The notes under the pieces were generated by a model. That model saw only the letters and a program-made list of their open reading frames with translations, did not search any database and was not told where the DNA came from. Shown here in pieces: positions 12,214 to 27,430 of a stretch of DNA of 64,000 nt. This stretch comes from the human T2T-CHM13v2.0 reference genome, Homo sapiens, in NCBI RefSeq assembly GCF_009914755.1, contig NC_060928.1; one strand, 5' to 3'. A program made the translations under genes and the position numbers. Every line of letters starts with the position of its first letter. Position 1 is the stretch's first letter.

Positions 12214-14516
12214 GCTGATTTGTGATTAAGAATTATGTTTATATGAAGAATTAACTAAAGATTTGAAAGTCTTAATTGGGAAGTAGTCTAGAATCAAAAT
12301 ACAAAAGTTAGTTGCAGTTTTATTTGTACAATTTCAAAAAAGATATTTCTCTAGAATTTTAAACAACTGTTTCAGACAATGTATAGTTATAATCTAGATA
12401 AATACATTTAATTAAAAAATCATCTTAGTGTTTTAAGGTATAAAACTGTTTTACTGCAAGTGTGAGGTTTATCTTTAGGGTTTATTAGTTAGTCCTAGTT
12501 AAATCTTAATTGGGATTTTTTCCACACATTTAACAATATAGATTATTTACAGTCTCAAGAATACAAAGAAAACCCATTATAGGTGGATCAGAATATCCAC
12601 AGAAAGTTAACCTTCCTTTTAACAGTGGCAAGGGAGCAAAACAAACTAATGGTGATTAAGGTGTCAGGCTGTAATTGCATTTGCCTCCAAGTAAATCATC
12701 AAGTCCCAGTAAATAATTACAGCAAGCAGTCTTTCTCAGCATGGAAGAGTTAACGAGGTGTAATTAAAATTTTTCAGGAACTATTACTGGATTATTTTTT
12801 ATTGTGGTAAAGAGCACATAGCATGAAAACTACCTTGTTAAGCAAATTTTAATGTATGGTACAGTATTGTTAACTGTATGCACATTATTGTAGAGCCAAT
12901 CTCTGTAACTTTTTCATCTTCCAGGACTGAAACTGAACACCCATTGAAGAGTAACTCCTCATTTCCCCTTCCACAGTCCCTGGCAACTACCATTCTCCTT
13001 TATGCTTCTAAGACTTTGAATTCTTTAAATACTTTGTATAAGTGGAATCATGTAGTACTTGTCTGTGGAATCATGTAGTACTTGTCCTTCTGTGACTAAT
13101 TTCATTTAGCATAATGTCCTCAAGGTTCATTTGTTTTCTAGAATATGACAATATTCTTCTTTTTGAACAGCCTTCCTTTTAAAGGATTAATAATATTTCA
13201 CTGTATGTATATACATATTCCTTATCCATCAATGAACATTTAGCTGGTTTGTGTCTCTTGGCTAATATGAACAATGCTGCAATGAATAAGGGAGTGTATA
13301 TGTCTCTTTGAGATACTGTTTTCAATTCTTTTGAATAAATACCCAGAAATTGAATGGCTGAATTACATGGTGGTTTTATTTTTAATTTTTTGAGGAACCT
13401 CCATTCTGTTTTCCATAACGGCTGTCTCATTTTATACTCCTACTAACAGTGTACAAAGCTTCCAATTTCTCCACATCTTTGCCAACATTTGTCATTTCTG
13501 GTTTTTACATTTTTGATAATGGCCATCCTAACAGGTGTGAGGTAATGTCTCATTGTGTTTGTGATGGGCATTTCCCTGTTAATTAGTGATGTTGAGCACC
13601 TTTTCTTATACCAGTTGGCCATTTGTAAGTCTAAGTAAATATCTATTCAAGTTTTGGCCCATTTTAAATCAGGTTATTTGTTATTTTTAACTATTGAATC
13701 GTAGTATTTCTGTATATATTTTGGATATTGATCCCTTATCACCTTAATGGTTTGCAAGTATTTTCTCCCATTTCATAGGATGCATTTTTACTTTGTTGAT
13801 CGTTTCATTTGCTATGCAAATGTTTTTAAGTTTGATGTAGTTTCACTTGTCTAATTTTGCTTTTATTGCTTGTGTTTTTGGTGTCATATCCAATAAATCA
13901 TTGTCCAGAACCAATGTTACGAAGCTTTTCCTCTATGTTTTCTTCTAGAAGTTTTATATTTTTAGGTCTTATATTTAAATATTTACTACATTTTAAGTTG
14001 ATTTTGGGGCATGGTGTAAGATAAAGGTTTAATTATTCTTTTGCATGTGGGTATCTAGTTTCTCTTACACTATTTGTGTTTCTTTCCCCCATTGTAGAGT
14101 CTTGGCACTCTTGTCAAAGATCATTTGACTGTATAAGTAGACCGGATTATTGGTAGTTTCTCTCTTGTGTCCCATGGTCTGTATGTCTATCTTTATGCCA
14201 GTACCATACTGTTTTGATTACCCTAGCTTAGAATATGTTTTGAAATAAGGAAATATGAGATGTCCAGACGTATTCTTTCTTCTTGAGATTGTCTTGGATA
14301 TTCAGGTTCCTTTGTGGTTTCATAAGAATTCTAGTATTTTTTTCTATTTCTACAAAAATAAAATGTCATTGAGATTTTGATGGGGATTGCATTGAATCTA
14401 TAGATTGCTTTAGGTAGTATGATATTTTAACAATATTAATTCTTTCAATCCATAAACACAGCATGCATTTCTTTGTATTTGTGTCTTCTTTAATTTCTTT
14501 CAGCAGTGCTTTGTAG

Positions 14517-14811
<295 letters not shown>

Positions 14812-15334
14812 AGTGCTTTGTAGTTTTTACTGAACTAATCTTTTGTCTCCTTAGTTAAATCCTAAGTATTTTATTCATTTTGATGCTATCATAAATGGGA
14901 TTGTTTTCTTAATTTCCTTTATAATTCTTTTTATTGCTAGTATATAGAAATTTTTTTGTATATTGATTTAGTGTCATGCAACTTTGCTGCATTTATTTAT
15001 TAATTCTAATAGGTTTTTCTGTAAAAGTGTTTAATGTTTTCTGTGTTTACAATCATGTCATTTGCAAACAAAAATAATTTAATTTTCCTTTATGATGCCT
15101 TTCATTTATTTTCTTTTTTCTGTTTTCTCTCTTTTATTTATTTTTTATTTTTTTGGCTTAATTGCTTCAGCTAGGACTTACAGTAGTATGTTGAATAGAA
15201 ACAACAAGAATGGGCATTCTTATCTTGTTACTGCTCTTAGAAGAAGAGCTTTCAGTTCTTCAATGTTGAATATGATGGTAGCTATTTTCAAACATGGTCT
15301 ATAATATGTTGAAGTAATTTTCTTCCATTCCTCC

Positions 15335-15686
15335 TGTATTAGTCTGTTCTCACACTGCTAATAAATGCATACCCAAGACTGGGTACTTTATAAATGAAAG
15401 AGGCTTAATTGACTCAGTTTCACATTGCTGAGGAGGCCTCACAGTCATGGCAGAAGGCAAACGAGGAGCAAAATAATGTCTTAAATGGAAACAGACAAGA
15501 GAGCTTGTGTAGGGGAACTTCCGGTTATAAAACCATCAGGTCTCCTGAGATGTATTTACTACTAAGGAACAGTATGGGGGAACTGCCCCCAAGATTCAGT
15601 TATCTCCACGTGACCCCACCCTTGACACATGGGGATTATTACAATTCAAGGTGAGATTTGGGTGGGGACACAGCCAAACCATATCA
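15335..15686 (-). mobile_element. THE1C-like solo LTR
   Basis: tgtattagtc...ccatatca termini; cccttgacacatggggattattacaattcaaggtgag diagnostic; TSD CCTCC/CCTAC. Confidence 0.9.
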
Positions 15687-18599
15687 CCTACTTTAAGTGT
15701 TCATTGTTTTTAAAAAGGTGTTAAATTTGGCAATTTTTTCTGCATCTATTAAGATGATCATGTATTTTTTATTATTTGTTTTGTTAAGGCAGTGTATCAC
15801 ATTGATTGATTTTCATATGTTGAAAAACTTTTGCATCTCATGGGTAAATCCCACTTGGTGATGGTATATGATCATTTTATTGTGCCCCTGAATTCAGTTT
15901 ATTAGTATTTTTCATACTTTCTTCTTTATGCTTCACTCAGAGAAGCTTCATGCATCACTGTTACAGAATTACAGCATTCTCTATTTATCTTTATATCTAT
16001 CTTTACCAGCATACTTTACACTTTTGTTTACTTGTGGGTTGCTGTCTGGTGTCCTTCCATTACAACTTGAAGGACCCCTTTTAGCATTCTTGTAAGGTAG
16101 GCCTGGTGTTTATGAAATACTTCAGTTTTTGTTTATCTGGGAAATACTTTATTTCTTCTTAATTTTTGAAAAACAGTTTTACTTGATATATTATTCTTGG
16201 ATGGCAATATTTTTTTTTCTTAAGTAGTTTGAATATATCATCCTATTTGCTTCTGGACTGCCAGGTTTCTGCTGAGAATATGCTAAGAGTTTTACGAAAG
16301 CTTCTTTGTAAATAATGAATTGCATTTTTTGCCAGTTTCAAAATTCTTTCTTTGATTTTTACAATTTGATTATGACATGTCTTGGTATGGGTTTTCTTGG
16401 TTTCATTCTGGTCTTCTTATACCTTAGATGTCCATTTCCTGCCTCAGATTTGGGGACTTTTTAGCCATTGTTTCTTTAAACAAAAGCTTTCTTCATCTTT
16501 CTTCCTGATCTTTTGGTATTCAAATAATGTGTATATTGATGCATTTGATAGTGTCCCATAAATTCCTTACATTTTCTTCGCTCTTTATTATTATTTTTTT
16601 CTCTTTGTTCCTGACTGGATAATTCCAAATGACTTGCCTTTGATTTTATTGGTTATTCTACCTGTGTGTTCAAGTCTGCTGTTGAAGCCCTGTAGTGAAT
16701 TTTTAAATTCAATTATTGTATACTTCAGTTCCAAACTACTGCTTCATTGCTTTTTTTAAAAAATTATCTCTTTGTAGATATTGTCATTTTGTTCATGTAT
16801 CTTGTTCCTGAGCTCATTGAGCATGCTTATGATGGTTATTACGAATTTGTTATAAGATAAAGTTATATAATTCCATTTCTTTTGGGTCATTTCTGGGAAA
16901 TTTATTTTGTTCCTGTGATTAAATCATGTGTCCTTGTTTCCTTTGATTAGGCCATGGTTCCCTGTTATTTTGCACTTAGATCCACACATTTGAGAAAACA
17001 ACCACCTCTTCTAGTATTTAAGGACTGGTTTTGTAAATTAAAAGACCTTCGTCAGTCAGCCCAGCTGGAGATTCTGCGACCCCTTAAACCTTTTCTGTTG
17101 ATATGTCTTCTCTAGATTTGTATGAGCAAATTCTATATTAGAAGGATTTGCTGATATCTTTTTGCAGGTACTTCTAATTTATTGCACCCTCTGGTGTCTG
17201 CCTGCAGTACTGCAGATTCTTCGGAGTTTCCTCAAGCTGCCCAGTTCTCTTTTTGTTCTCAGTGATCCCTAGGCTTCTAGCATCTGCTAAGTTCCGTCAG
17301 TGCTCTAAGTTGGGTGAGACAGAAACCAGTTCCTGGAGCAATCTCTCCAAAAGCTAGAACACTGGATGCACACTCAACTCTTTTTTCCCGGTGGGGAAAG
17401 ACTTCTGAACTTATTTTTCCTATTCCATGAGACCCCTGAAGTAGCAGCAAGTCACTCAACTCTCTTGCTTTCAGTGGCCGCCAGTAACCTAGTGTATGCT
17501 GGGTCTTGTCATTGGTCTGATTTAGGTGAGACAGAAACTAGTCCCTCAAACAGTCTTCTGACTAGCCAGAACATTGGATGCATATGTTAACTCCCTTCCC
17601 AGGAAGAAGCTGGGAGTTTGGGGCTTTCTTCACTCATTCCATGCTGAGCTGTGGAGGAAAGATTATGGCAAATGAATATCTACTACTTTAAACTGTCACC
17701 TTTGTTCTCAGCTGCTTCCAAGCTGGCATCCTTTCCTGTCAGAGCTTAGATTCACCAAGACAGAAACCAGTCCCTTGGGCAGTATCCTGAAAAGTCTGAA
17801 TATTGGACATATGGTTTAGTCTTTTCCTACGCAGAGAGAAGCCAGAAGCTGAGGAGATGGGAGAGAGACTTTAGTAAGTAAGTACCATCAATATTTTTTA
17901 CCCACTTCAATGCAGCTGGTTTTTTTTCCCAAGGTTCTGCCCAATACAGCGTTTGCCCAAGGTTTAAGAACTTATTAATTGGTGTCTGTATTCCTCACAA
18001 AGGGAATTAGTCCTTGTATTGTTGTTGAGTTAGTGTCTCCAGTGGGGGAAGAGAGTAGGGCTTCCCATTCCACCATCTTGCCGATGTCACATTCTCATTA
18101 TTAGATTATTTTAAATAATAAATTTATTCATTGTCAATGTGTCAAACATTGTTACTTCCACTTTCTTTTGGCTACGCTTTTGCTTAATGCTTTTAAGGGA
18201 AGCACACTATTCTTTATAAAAGTATTCATTATAGAATACATTGTAAATCCAAACAGAAAATAATTGTGTTCATTTATGCAGTTTTATACTCCCTTTCATA
18301 AGAACCCTGGAATAGCTACCTAATGTTTAGACATAAAAATATATATCTTCCTTTTATTTAACTTTCTTTATTTATCTCTATAAATATCTCTATAAATGTA
18401 TCTCTCTAAATACATAAAGAGTGGAAATTTGGATCCTATTGGATTAGTAGATTTTTCAATATTAACAAACCATGGATATATCTTGAAAAATGTTTTCAAG
18501 GGCTACACAAAACACTGTAAGTTTAATTTCCTTAACCTTCTTTCAATTGCAAAACAAAACAAAACTATTTTGACATAAAATAGATTTTGATCATCACTG

Positions 18600-20280
18600 G
18601 ACATTATTACCATTGCTTTATTCAACCAATATTCATTTGGATTTACCTACATAATTATCTTTTCTGTTACTTTTCATACACTTCCATTTCTGAGCTTTTA
18701 CTAGGATCTTTTATTGGCAGAAGGTAGATGATCCCAGTAGGATCGCAGTAATTTTATTTTAATGTCCATGTCTAATAACTCGATTTCTTAGATTTGTCAT
18801 GGGCCTGTTTCTATAATAGGTTTATCCTCTTGGTTTATATTAAATGTTGTATTTTTATAGCTGTTTTTTTAAGAAATTAAATGCTAGACACTGTATATTA
18901 AAAACTATAAAGGGGATTGGATGCTTTGAATGGTATTATACCTCTCCTAAGTGGACTTGGTTTAGTTTCTAATAGGCAGGTAGAGTATGACAATAACTAT
19001 TCAGATCACTTTACTTCAATTATGAATTCAAATAACTTGTCTGGGCTTCAATCTTCATGACAATTGCTGTATTTCTCATTTACTTTTACTCCTAGAGTGT
19101 AGCCATTTTGAGTCACAACTAAATGCTTGGGGTCCTTTTCAGAGCCTGTCTATACTGCTGAACTCGAAATTCCAAATTTTGCCTAACCCCTTGAGTCTCC
19201 TGAAAGTTCCGCTCTGCTATATGTTTTGGGATTTCAAATGCCTTGAGACAAAAAATAATATCAAATTCTGGAGTCATTAGTCTGGACCTTTTCCCCTTGG
19301 TCTTGGTCCTAAAAATCTTTATTGACAAAATAACTCTTTAATGTTTTTATAAAGATTAAAAAAATTACTTTCCCTAGATTTGATAGGTGCTCTTAGCAGG
19401 AAGTTTAGTCTAAAACAAACTATTCTAACATTGTCACTAACAGAAATTTTAATGGTCTCAGAGTAAAGATGTGTGGCATCTTTACTGTTGTCTGTGGAAA
19501 ACAGTCTCTGCTTCTTATTTATTGTACTATGCCAATAAAAAAAAGCAATCGTTTACTGTAAGAAGTTTGATAAAAAGCCATAGTCCTTGTAGATAATGCT
19601 AGAGGGTGAGAATAATATACCCCAGTTTTGAAAATAAATTTATTCTCAGATCTAAATTTTGAAATTTGTAACTTAGGCGTGAGAATAGAATTAAGCAAGT
19701 CTAGTCTCAACAGACTGACCAATTTATGTCATAAAAATGTTACCAGTTCAGCCTGGGAGTAAATGCCACTCTTGCATTTTGAAGGTATGGTTATTTGTTA
19801 ATAGAGACTAACTGAAAAGGTAGTCTGTGAATCAAGAGATATAGTTGCCCAAGTCTTTCCAAGGTATTAGAAACACTTAACTCACTGTATTATAGTCTTT
19901 CTGGTCAATACAAATATTTCTATTGCAGTTGAACCCTTACTGATATTTCCTGTTGGTAATCTGAGTCCTCACAATGCCATTCTCCACCAATAAATTCTTT
20001 CCCCTTTTCCTCCTCCTCTTCCTCTCTCATTCTGCCAACTCCAGCAGTTGAAGAGTTCCTATTTTTGCTGCAGTCTTATCAGGAGTATTCTCTGAGCTGA
20101 TCTCATTTATCTGCTAGCCTCCATAAGTTAGTTGTAGGCTTTTCTCTGCTCAGGGCATCTCCTACTTATTGCTAGTTTTTTTCTGGAATTTATTTAATTT
20201 GTATTATTTTCTATCATTTCAATAAATGTTGGTGGAAGGAAGGAAGTATAGTTACCAGTCTTCCATTTTGAATTCAAATC
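18600..20280 (-). mobile_element. Highly degenerate L1ME/HAL1-like fragments
   Basis: T-rich antisense L1-like texture; ends resembling old L1 5' termini near 19440 and 20275. Confidence 0.35.
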
Positions 20281-20939
20281 CTATTATAATTTAATTTGTA
20301 GGCATACAGCTTTTTTCCATATAATTAAATTAATGTTTATCATTCCATAGTGCTTAGAAGAGAATTTAATTGAATTGTGAATGAATTTTGCTTTGTAACT
20401 TATTGTTTTGTAACTTTGTAATTTATTGTTAGGTAAAATACTATACTTATGAATAAATAAACCTTTTACCGATTTATTCTACTAGCCAACATTTCTGAAG
20501 TAAAAGTATTTTTTTTTTTTTACCTTGGGAATAGATTATGGTTTTGTTTCAGGAATAAAGGAAGAACAAGCAATCTAAAACCCAAGAATTAGATTATACT
20601 CATAAAAGATTATTTTATGAGGTTTATTGATCAAAAATTTTGTTAATTTATGAACTGAATGAACAGAAGGTGAAAGTTTAAACATACGTTGACACAACAA
20701 AAATTTAAGCTTAGATACAAATATTATATTTTACTAAATTTCATATTTCCGGGATTGCATATTTCCTTTGTAAAACTTAAATTACACACTAAACACTGGC
20801 AAAGACATTCTATTTTTAAACTAATTCTGCTTTTCTTTTTAAAGATGTAATATTAAGTGTTTCTATCTATTAGATAATTGGATTTCAGTTTCTACCTCTA
20901 GGCACAGGCAAGAGTTTGATACTTTTCCCCCAGTTTTCC

Positions 20940-21500
20940 TTAGAGAAGGTGCAGCTGTATGAAAAGTGATAACAAAAATAATAGTGCAGTGCTGGTTGGG
21001 AGGAAGCATTTTCTTTTTCAGAAATCAGTAGGAACAGAGAGTGATCCTATTTTTCACCTGAGGCAAATCACCATTACAGAACAGAAGAGTGCTCCTCTAG
21101 TAAGGGCAGCAGTGACGCAACTTTCTATCAGTGACCATTCAACGTTAGGAACAGTACAAAATACTGGGGAGAGGCTAATTAAATTAATTCTGTGGAAAAG
21201 AGACAATATGACTCCATGCAGTCAGGGTGCCTCAAGGGCTTTCCCTCTATCCTCCATCTCCAGCATCACCCAGCCTCTTCTCTTCAGTATCTCACTCACA
21301 TACTTAATACCTGGTGTGTGACACCTGGTTCCTTTGGTGTTCTTGCTTAAGCTGCAGTGTGAATATTTGACTTGTTCTATGATTGATGAGTGCAGCAGGA
21401 AAGAAATGTAATTGCTTTGACTATGCGGCAGTAAATGGATACTTTCTTTGGAAATTCAACTTGCTTCATTTAGACCCAAACATGCCAAGCAGATGCAGAT
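20940..21500. promoter_or_regulatory. Repeat-free enhancer-like block
   Basis: TGACGCAA (ATF/CEBP-type, 21113-21120), GCTAATTAAATTAATTC homeodomain cluster (21174-21190), TGAC-n8-GTCA (21209-21224). Motif evidence only. Confidence 0.3.
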
Positions 21501-21914
21501 GATCAACTCACAGCATATGATACAAGCAAATATCTTTCTCTTTTATGTTCCGTTTTTAATGTAATAGCAAACTAACATCTGTTGTTCTGAGCATCACAAA
21601 TCTGTTCTTTTCAATGTAAAGGTTTGCTGAGCATTGATATTTTGCGAAGAATAGTTTTTTGTGTGGCAATCTAACTGCACCCTATTTTTATGTCAAATTC
21701 AAATGTTTCTTGGAAAGGTCATTGTTGTGTATGTGTGACTTATTGAGCTGAACTAGTATGATAGATGTAATGATAGGTGTAAATAATTTTACCAAGTATT
21801 GTTCTTGAGGGTGGGTAAAGAAATAGAGAAGAAAGGTAATTGGTGTTTAAGGGCTAATACAGTATGAGCAACACCTCTCATACGTTATTTAACACTGTTA
21901 CTCTTTAAATATAT

Positions 21915-22105
21915 ATTTTTTAATAGATCCAGATGGTACACGTGCAGGTTTGTTACATGGATATATTGTATCATGGTGAGGTTTGGGCTTCTAGTGTGTC
22001 CATCACCCAATAGTGAATATTATACCCAGTGGGTAATTTTTCAACTCTCACACCCCTGCCCCGCTTTTGGAGTCCCCAGTGTTTGATACTTCCCTCTGTA
22101 TGTTT
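21915..22105 (-). mobile_element. L1PB/L1PA16-like 3' end fragment
   Basis: ggtacacgtgcaggtttgttacatggatatattg...ggagtccccagtgt 3'UTR signature. Confidence 0.85.
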
Positions 22106-22656
22106 GTTCTTTACAGAGCACTTTTGTTCCACATAAGAAATGCTACTCAATTCTCTCAGAAATTGATACCTGCTATTTATGGTAGTATTTGGTATATATC
22201 TGTGAGCCTTTTCCAACTCTCAAGATAGGCCCTTAAATATAATCTGTATTTGTATTAGAATCTTTCTCTGAACCAAAGCCTTATAGGATTGCACGTTTCT
22301 TTCTTAGTACAATAGGGAAATGTTAGATTAGATATAACAGGAAAAATAAAGAGTTTTTTAGATCACTTTAACATAAACAATATTACTTTTAAGGGTAAGT
22401 TAGCTCATGTGTTTACACAGTGACATAAATACATCTAAATTTTTGCATAAGGTACACATGTTGATTTGTTCTTCCGATGGAAAAATCTTAGTTGCGTCGC
22501 ATGTCTCCACATTTAGTTGGCATTAAGATTGTTTTGCAAAAAGGACAAGGTGAAATAGTATGGCTTGGGGCTATATAGCATCACATTTAGAAAATTCAAT
22601 TCAATATGCGTCTTCTGCATCATCCCTATGCTACCTTTTAAAAAAATCAACATTTA

Positions 22657-22950
<294 letters not shown>

Positions 22951-25427
22951 AAAAAAATCAAAATTTATTTTCAACAGAAAACAAATACATATAAAATAAA
23001 ACAATAACGACAATAACCACTATTATTATTGATTCCAATGTTTTATATTAACTGAAAGCTTTCACATTTTGAAACCCATTTAAGGCAAGACATTATTTTA
23101 AGGGAATAATAAATGTTACATTTTAAATTTATTAAAAAGAAAACATTATTACTCAAAATATTTTTTTAAATAGGATTTCTCATTAGTTATAATGCCTAAA
23201 ACTGTGGCTTTGAGTATTATGTCCTGCTGTCTGTCCATCTTTCAACTCTATAATTCAACAGCTTTTTTTTGTTGTTAAAAAATTCTCTTTTATCTAATAG
23301 CTCATGTACAGGTACATATGTGTGTGCATACTCATAAGCTCAGGATAATTGTAAACTATGAGCTTTATAAAGAGTTTGGAAGATTAACCTAAACAAGAAA
23401 GAGTTGAAAGCTTGAAATTTTCATCTTTTGATTTAATCTACAGAAATGAAGTACCTGTTATGCTGTAGAATAAAATAATAACATACAAAAAAAGTCAAGA
23501 ATGTGGTACTGTATTGCTGAGGTTTCCAAAGCTATCAAGCATTCTTGTTAAGAATGATTGGACCTATCAAAATACAAAAGAGCAGCTGGGGACATTTGAA
23601 GTGATGACTTATATTTTGTGCTACCCTGGTCAGAGATGTGAGCAGCAACATACAATAATAAAACAATGTTTAAATCAAGCCACAATGAAAGACATGATAG
23701 TAAAAAGTGGGTATCTTGATACAATTAAAGATACAATTGTTTGGATGAAATATTTATATTTCTAGTTAATAGGAATTAAAAAGTAGAAATAACACAACAC
23801 TTAGATCACTTTTGTTTACATTAAATTTGAAATATGTAATTTTGCAATGATTTATGTTTTAAAGATGTCCCACAGTTGAACATAGAAACTGTAGCCTTAT
23901 ATAAATTAATATTTATTTAATTGAAAAGTGTTCCATTTGAGCAGAAAATAATCTTCGTCTGGAGTAAATAACTCATAGGGGGAAGGGGAAGAGGAGGGGA
24001 CAGAGGAGTCTCTAAATTAAGTTTTAAAGTTGCTTTTTATCCATGGGTAGTGGCAGAAAATAATGCCTGTATGGTAATTCAGACTGAAGAACACATCAGA
24101 TTCCTAGAAGGTATCTCTGTTCATTCTTTTAAAAATGCAAAACCAAACTTAACAAAATATCAGAAAGAATATTTTCCATTAGGACAGCCAGTCCCCTTTC
24201 TGTTTTTAATTGTTTGGTATTTTGGGAATGCAAGTTATTGTTTAGAATTTATATGACCATTTAATAAGTATTTCCATAGCTACTTTGAAGTGTTGTGCAG
24301 TTATTTTCTTTTAAATGTGAACTGAATATTTTATATAATCATATTAGCCCTATCTCTCCTTTTATAAATGACAAACAAAAAAGAGTAATTGGAAACTCCT
24401 GAAATATCGAGTTATTATATACAGTTAATATTTGATTTGCCAAAACTTAAGCTACAGTGTACTTAACAACAAGGTTTTATACACCTGATTTCAGAACAGA
24501 GTATGTTATCAATTATCTTGAATGGTTCATACTTGGAATTATTGCTTCCATTGTCCAATTAATTGGTGTTATTGTAGCATAATCATATGGGGTATAATTA
24601 TTTTATGAACTATGAAATAGAAGATGAAGATAAACAGAAAATGGCCTTTCAACATCCTCTTTACTTCTATTAATTGTTGTCTTCATTTGGAATCTAAAAG
24701 CATCAGAGTGTGTATGAATCATTCTATAGTCCAGGGGTTTTTATGTTCTCTTTATCATGGCATAGAATACATCTGACTGATGTATTTGTAAACTGGGGTT
24801 GAGGCCAGTTCTCCAGGGCAGTACCTATATTGTCAACCCTATTACTTTCCTCATTAAAGAAAGCAAATTGAATGCAACCAAGGAAAAGTGATGTATAAGA
24901 GTAACCTTGAATCATGCTAAGACAATGTTTTATAGTAAAGTAAATTATCTCTTGAATTTTGAAGCTTTTAGTGTTATTAGAAACAAATTACTTATGACAT
25001 TCTATTGCATTATGGTACTGGATGAGAACTACTGAAAAAATTGTCAGTGGTTTTTCCTTTAACATTATTATGTCACTTTTTATTCTTGGCTGATATGGTT
25101 TGACAGTGGTATATCTTCTAATTTAAAATAATGGTCAGATACACATTTGGAACGACCTGGTTGGCAAGAATATGCTGCTGTCAGAATACTTCAGCTGAAA
25201 GATTTCCTTTTATAGTCCATTTAATTCAATGCCGCTCTTCTTTTCTGAAGGTTGCCCAAGATTCCTCCAAAACTGAACATGCATCTAAAAGATCAGTGAT
25301 TCACAGAAACAATTCAAATGTTACTACATTTGTAGAGTAACTGCAATTGAGTTGTAAATATTTTTTAGTTATACAGACATCTTGACCTTAGGAGGGTCAT
25401 AGTCTATTATAAGTAAATGTAATGTAA

Positions 25428-25756
<329 letters not shown>

Positions 25757-26084
25757 CAGATAATTATTGTATTAAATATTATCATATTAAATAATTACTT
25801 TTCTCCTATGTACATTTTCTTTTACAAAAAATCAGAATACAATTCTAAAATTTTAGAAGCAAATACTATTTTCTTTCATTAAAAATAACACCAAATTCTT
25901 TAAGATTATCATCTGAAGAGAAAGCTTTTGTTGCTTTTTGGTTTTGTTTTTTTTTTTGTTTTTCTGAGAGTCTAGGGACCTTGAGTTTGGCTTTCTCATT
26001 GGGGTCCCTCTCATAGTTACCTCTTTATTATTGAGCTAACATTAGAATTGATGAGTGAAAAAAGTGAAAGCAGGAATGAGATGG

Positions 26085-26320
26085 TGATGATGATCATGAT
26101 GAAAGAAAAAACTTATATGTATGGGAAACTTACTGTGTGACAAATGCCCTGCTCTACATACATAATTTTATTTTATCCTTGTAACAATCCAGTGAGTTGG
26201 GCACTGTTATTGTTCCATTTCACAGATGAGGAAACAGACACTTAAGAGTTTTTATGTTATTTTCCCAAGATCACAGAAGTAGATCTAGATAGTGAAACAA
26301 AGATTAGAACTCAAATATGC
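26085..26320 (-). mobile_element. MIR SINE
   Basis: Core ccatttcacagatgaggaaacagac...cccaagatcacag. Confidence 0.8.
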
Positions 26321-26567
26321 TAATTTTAAAACAATTTTAAGCAATAGGTCTGTAGGTATATTAAGAACCAAAATAAAAACTAGGTATATTTAAAAAGGGA
26401 AAACAATACATATTTTAACAACCTTTCCCAAAATGTGTTCCAGAGGATATTAATAGACACTCTGAAAGTGTCAAAGAAGAGATACTTCTTTGAAAAGTGT
26501 CTCTTAATAAAAAAAAAGAGTTCTGTTTCAATAAGATTGGAAAACATAAGCTTAAAAAATTCAATAG

Positions 26568-26861
<294 letters not shown>

Positions 26862-27430
26862 TAAACACGTTTCTTTATTGCTTGATTTTTCAGAATATTT
26901 ACTAGGTAGATCTCAAATAGGAGAATATATTATATAGTATTTCCTAGATTGCTTATGCATTTAACTTTATCTCTTGAGAAACTTGCTTCGGGAAATAATC
27001 TAGATAAAATCTGGTTTATAATGTAAACATGTTAGCATTTTATATTTTCAGAATGATTTAAGAATTCTAGGGAGATCTGGCAAGATGGCCAAATAGGAAC
27101 AGCTCTGGTCTGCAGCTCCCAGTGAGACCAACACAGAAGGCAGGTGATTTTTGCATTTCTAACATTTCCAGTTCATCTCTTTGGGACTGGTTAGACAGTG
27201 GGTGCAGCCCACAGAGCACGAGCAGAAGCAGGATAGGGCGTCGCCTCACCCAGGAAGTACAAGGGATCAAGGAACTCCCTCCCCTAGCCAAGGGAAGCCC
27301 TAAGGGACAGTACTATCCAGCCCAGATACTATGCTTTTTCCACGGTTTTTGCAACCTGCAGACCAGGAGATCCCCTTGTATGCCTACACCACCAGGGCCC
27401 TGGATTTCAAGCACAAAACTGGGCGGCTAT

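Noticed and set aside
13042-13086. 23-bp tandem duplication GTGGAATCATGTAGTACTTGTC
   Set aside because: Ordinary slippage duplication within an L1 3'UTR.
17290-17850. CRISPR-like repeat-spacer array
   Set aside because: Degenerate ~220-bp monomers inside an L1 5'UTR in human DNA; no cas genes.
19462-19486. 10-bp stem hairpin AGTAAAGATG/CATCTTTACT (a similar one lies near 48822-48850)
   Set aside because: Stems this short are expected by chance in 64 kb of AT-rich DNA.
20959-21321. 120-aa ORF in unique sequence
   Set aside because: No recognisable domain or convincing gene structure; a regulatory reading of the block is more plausible.
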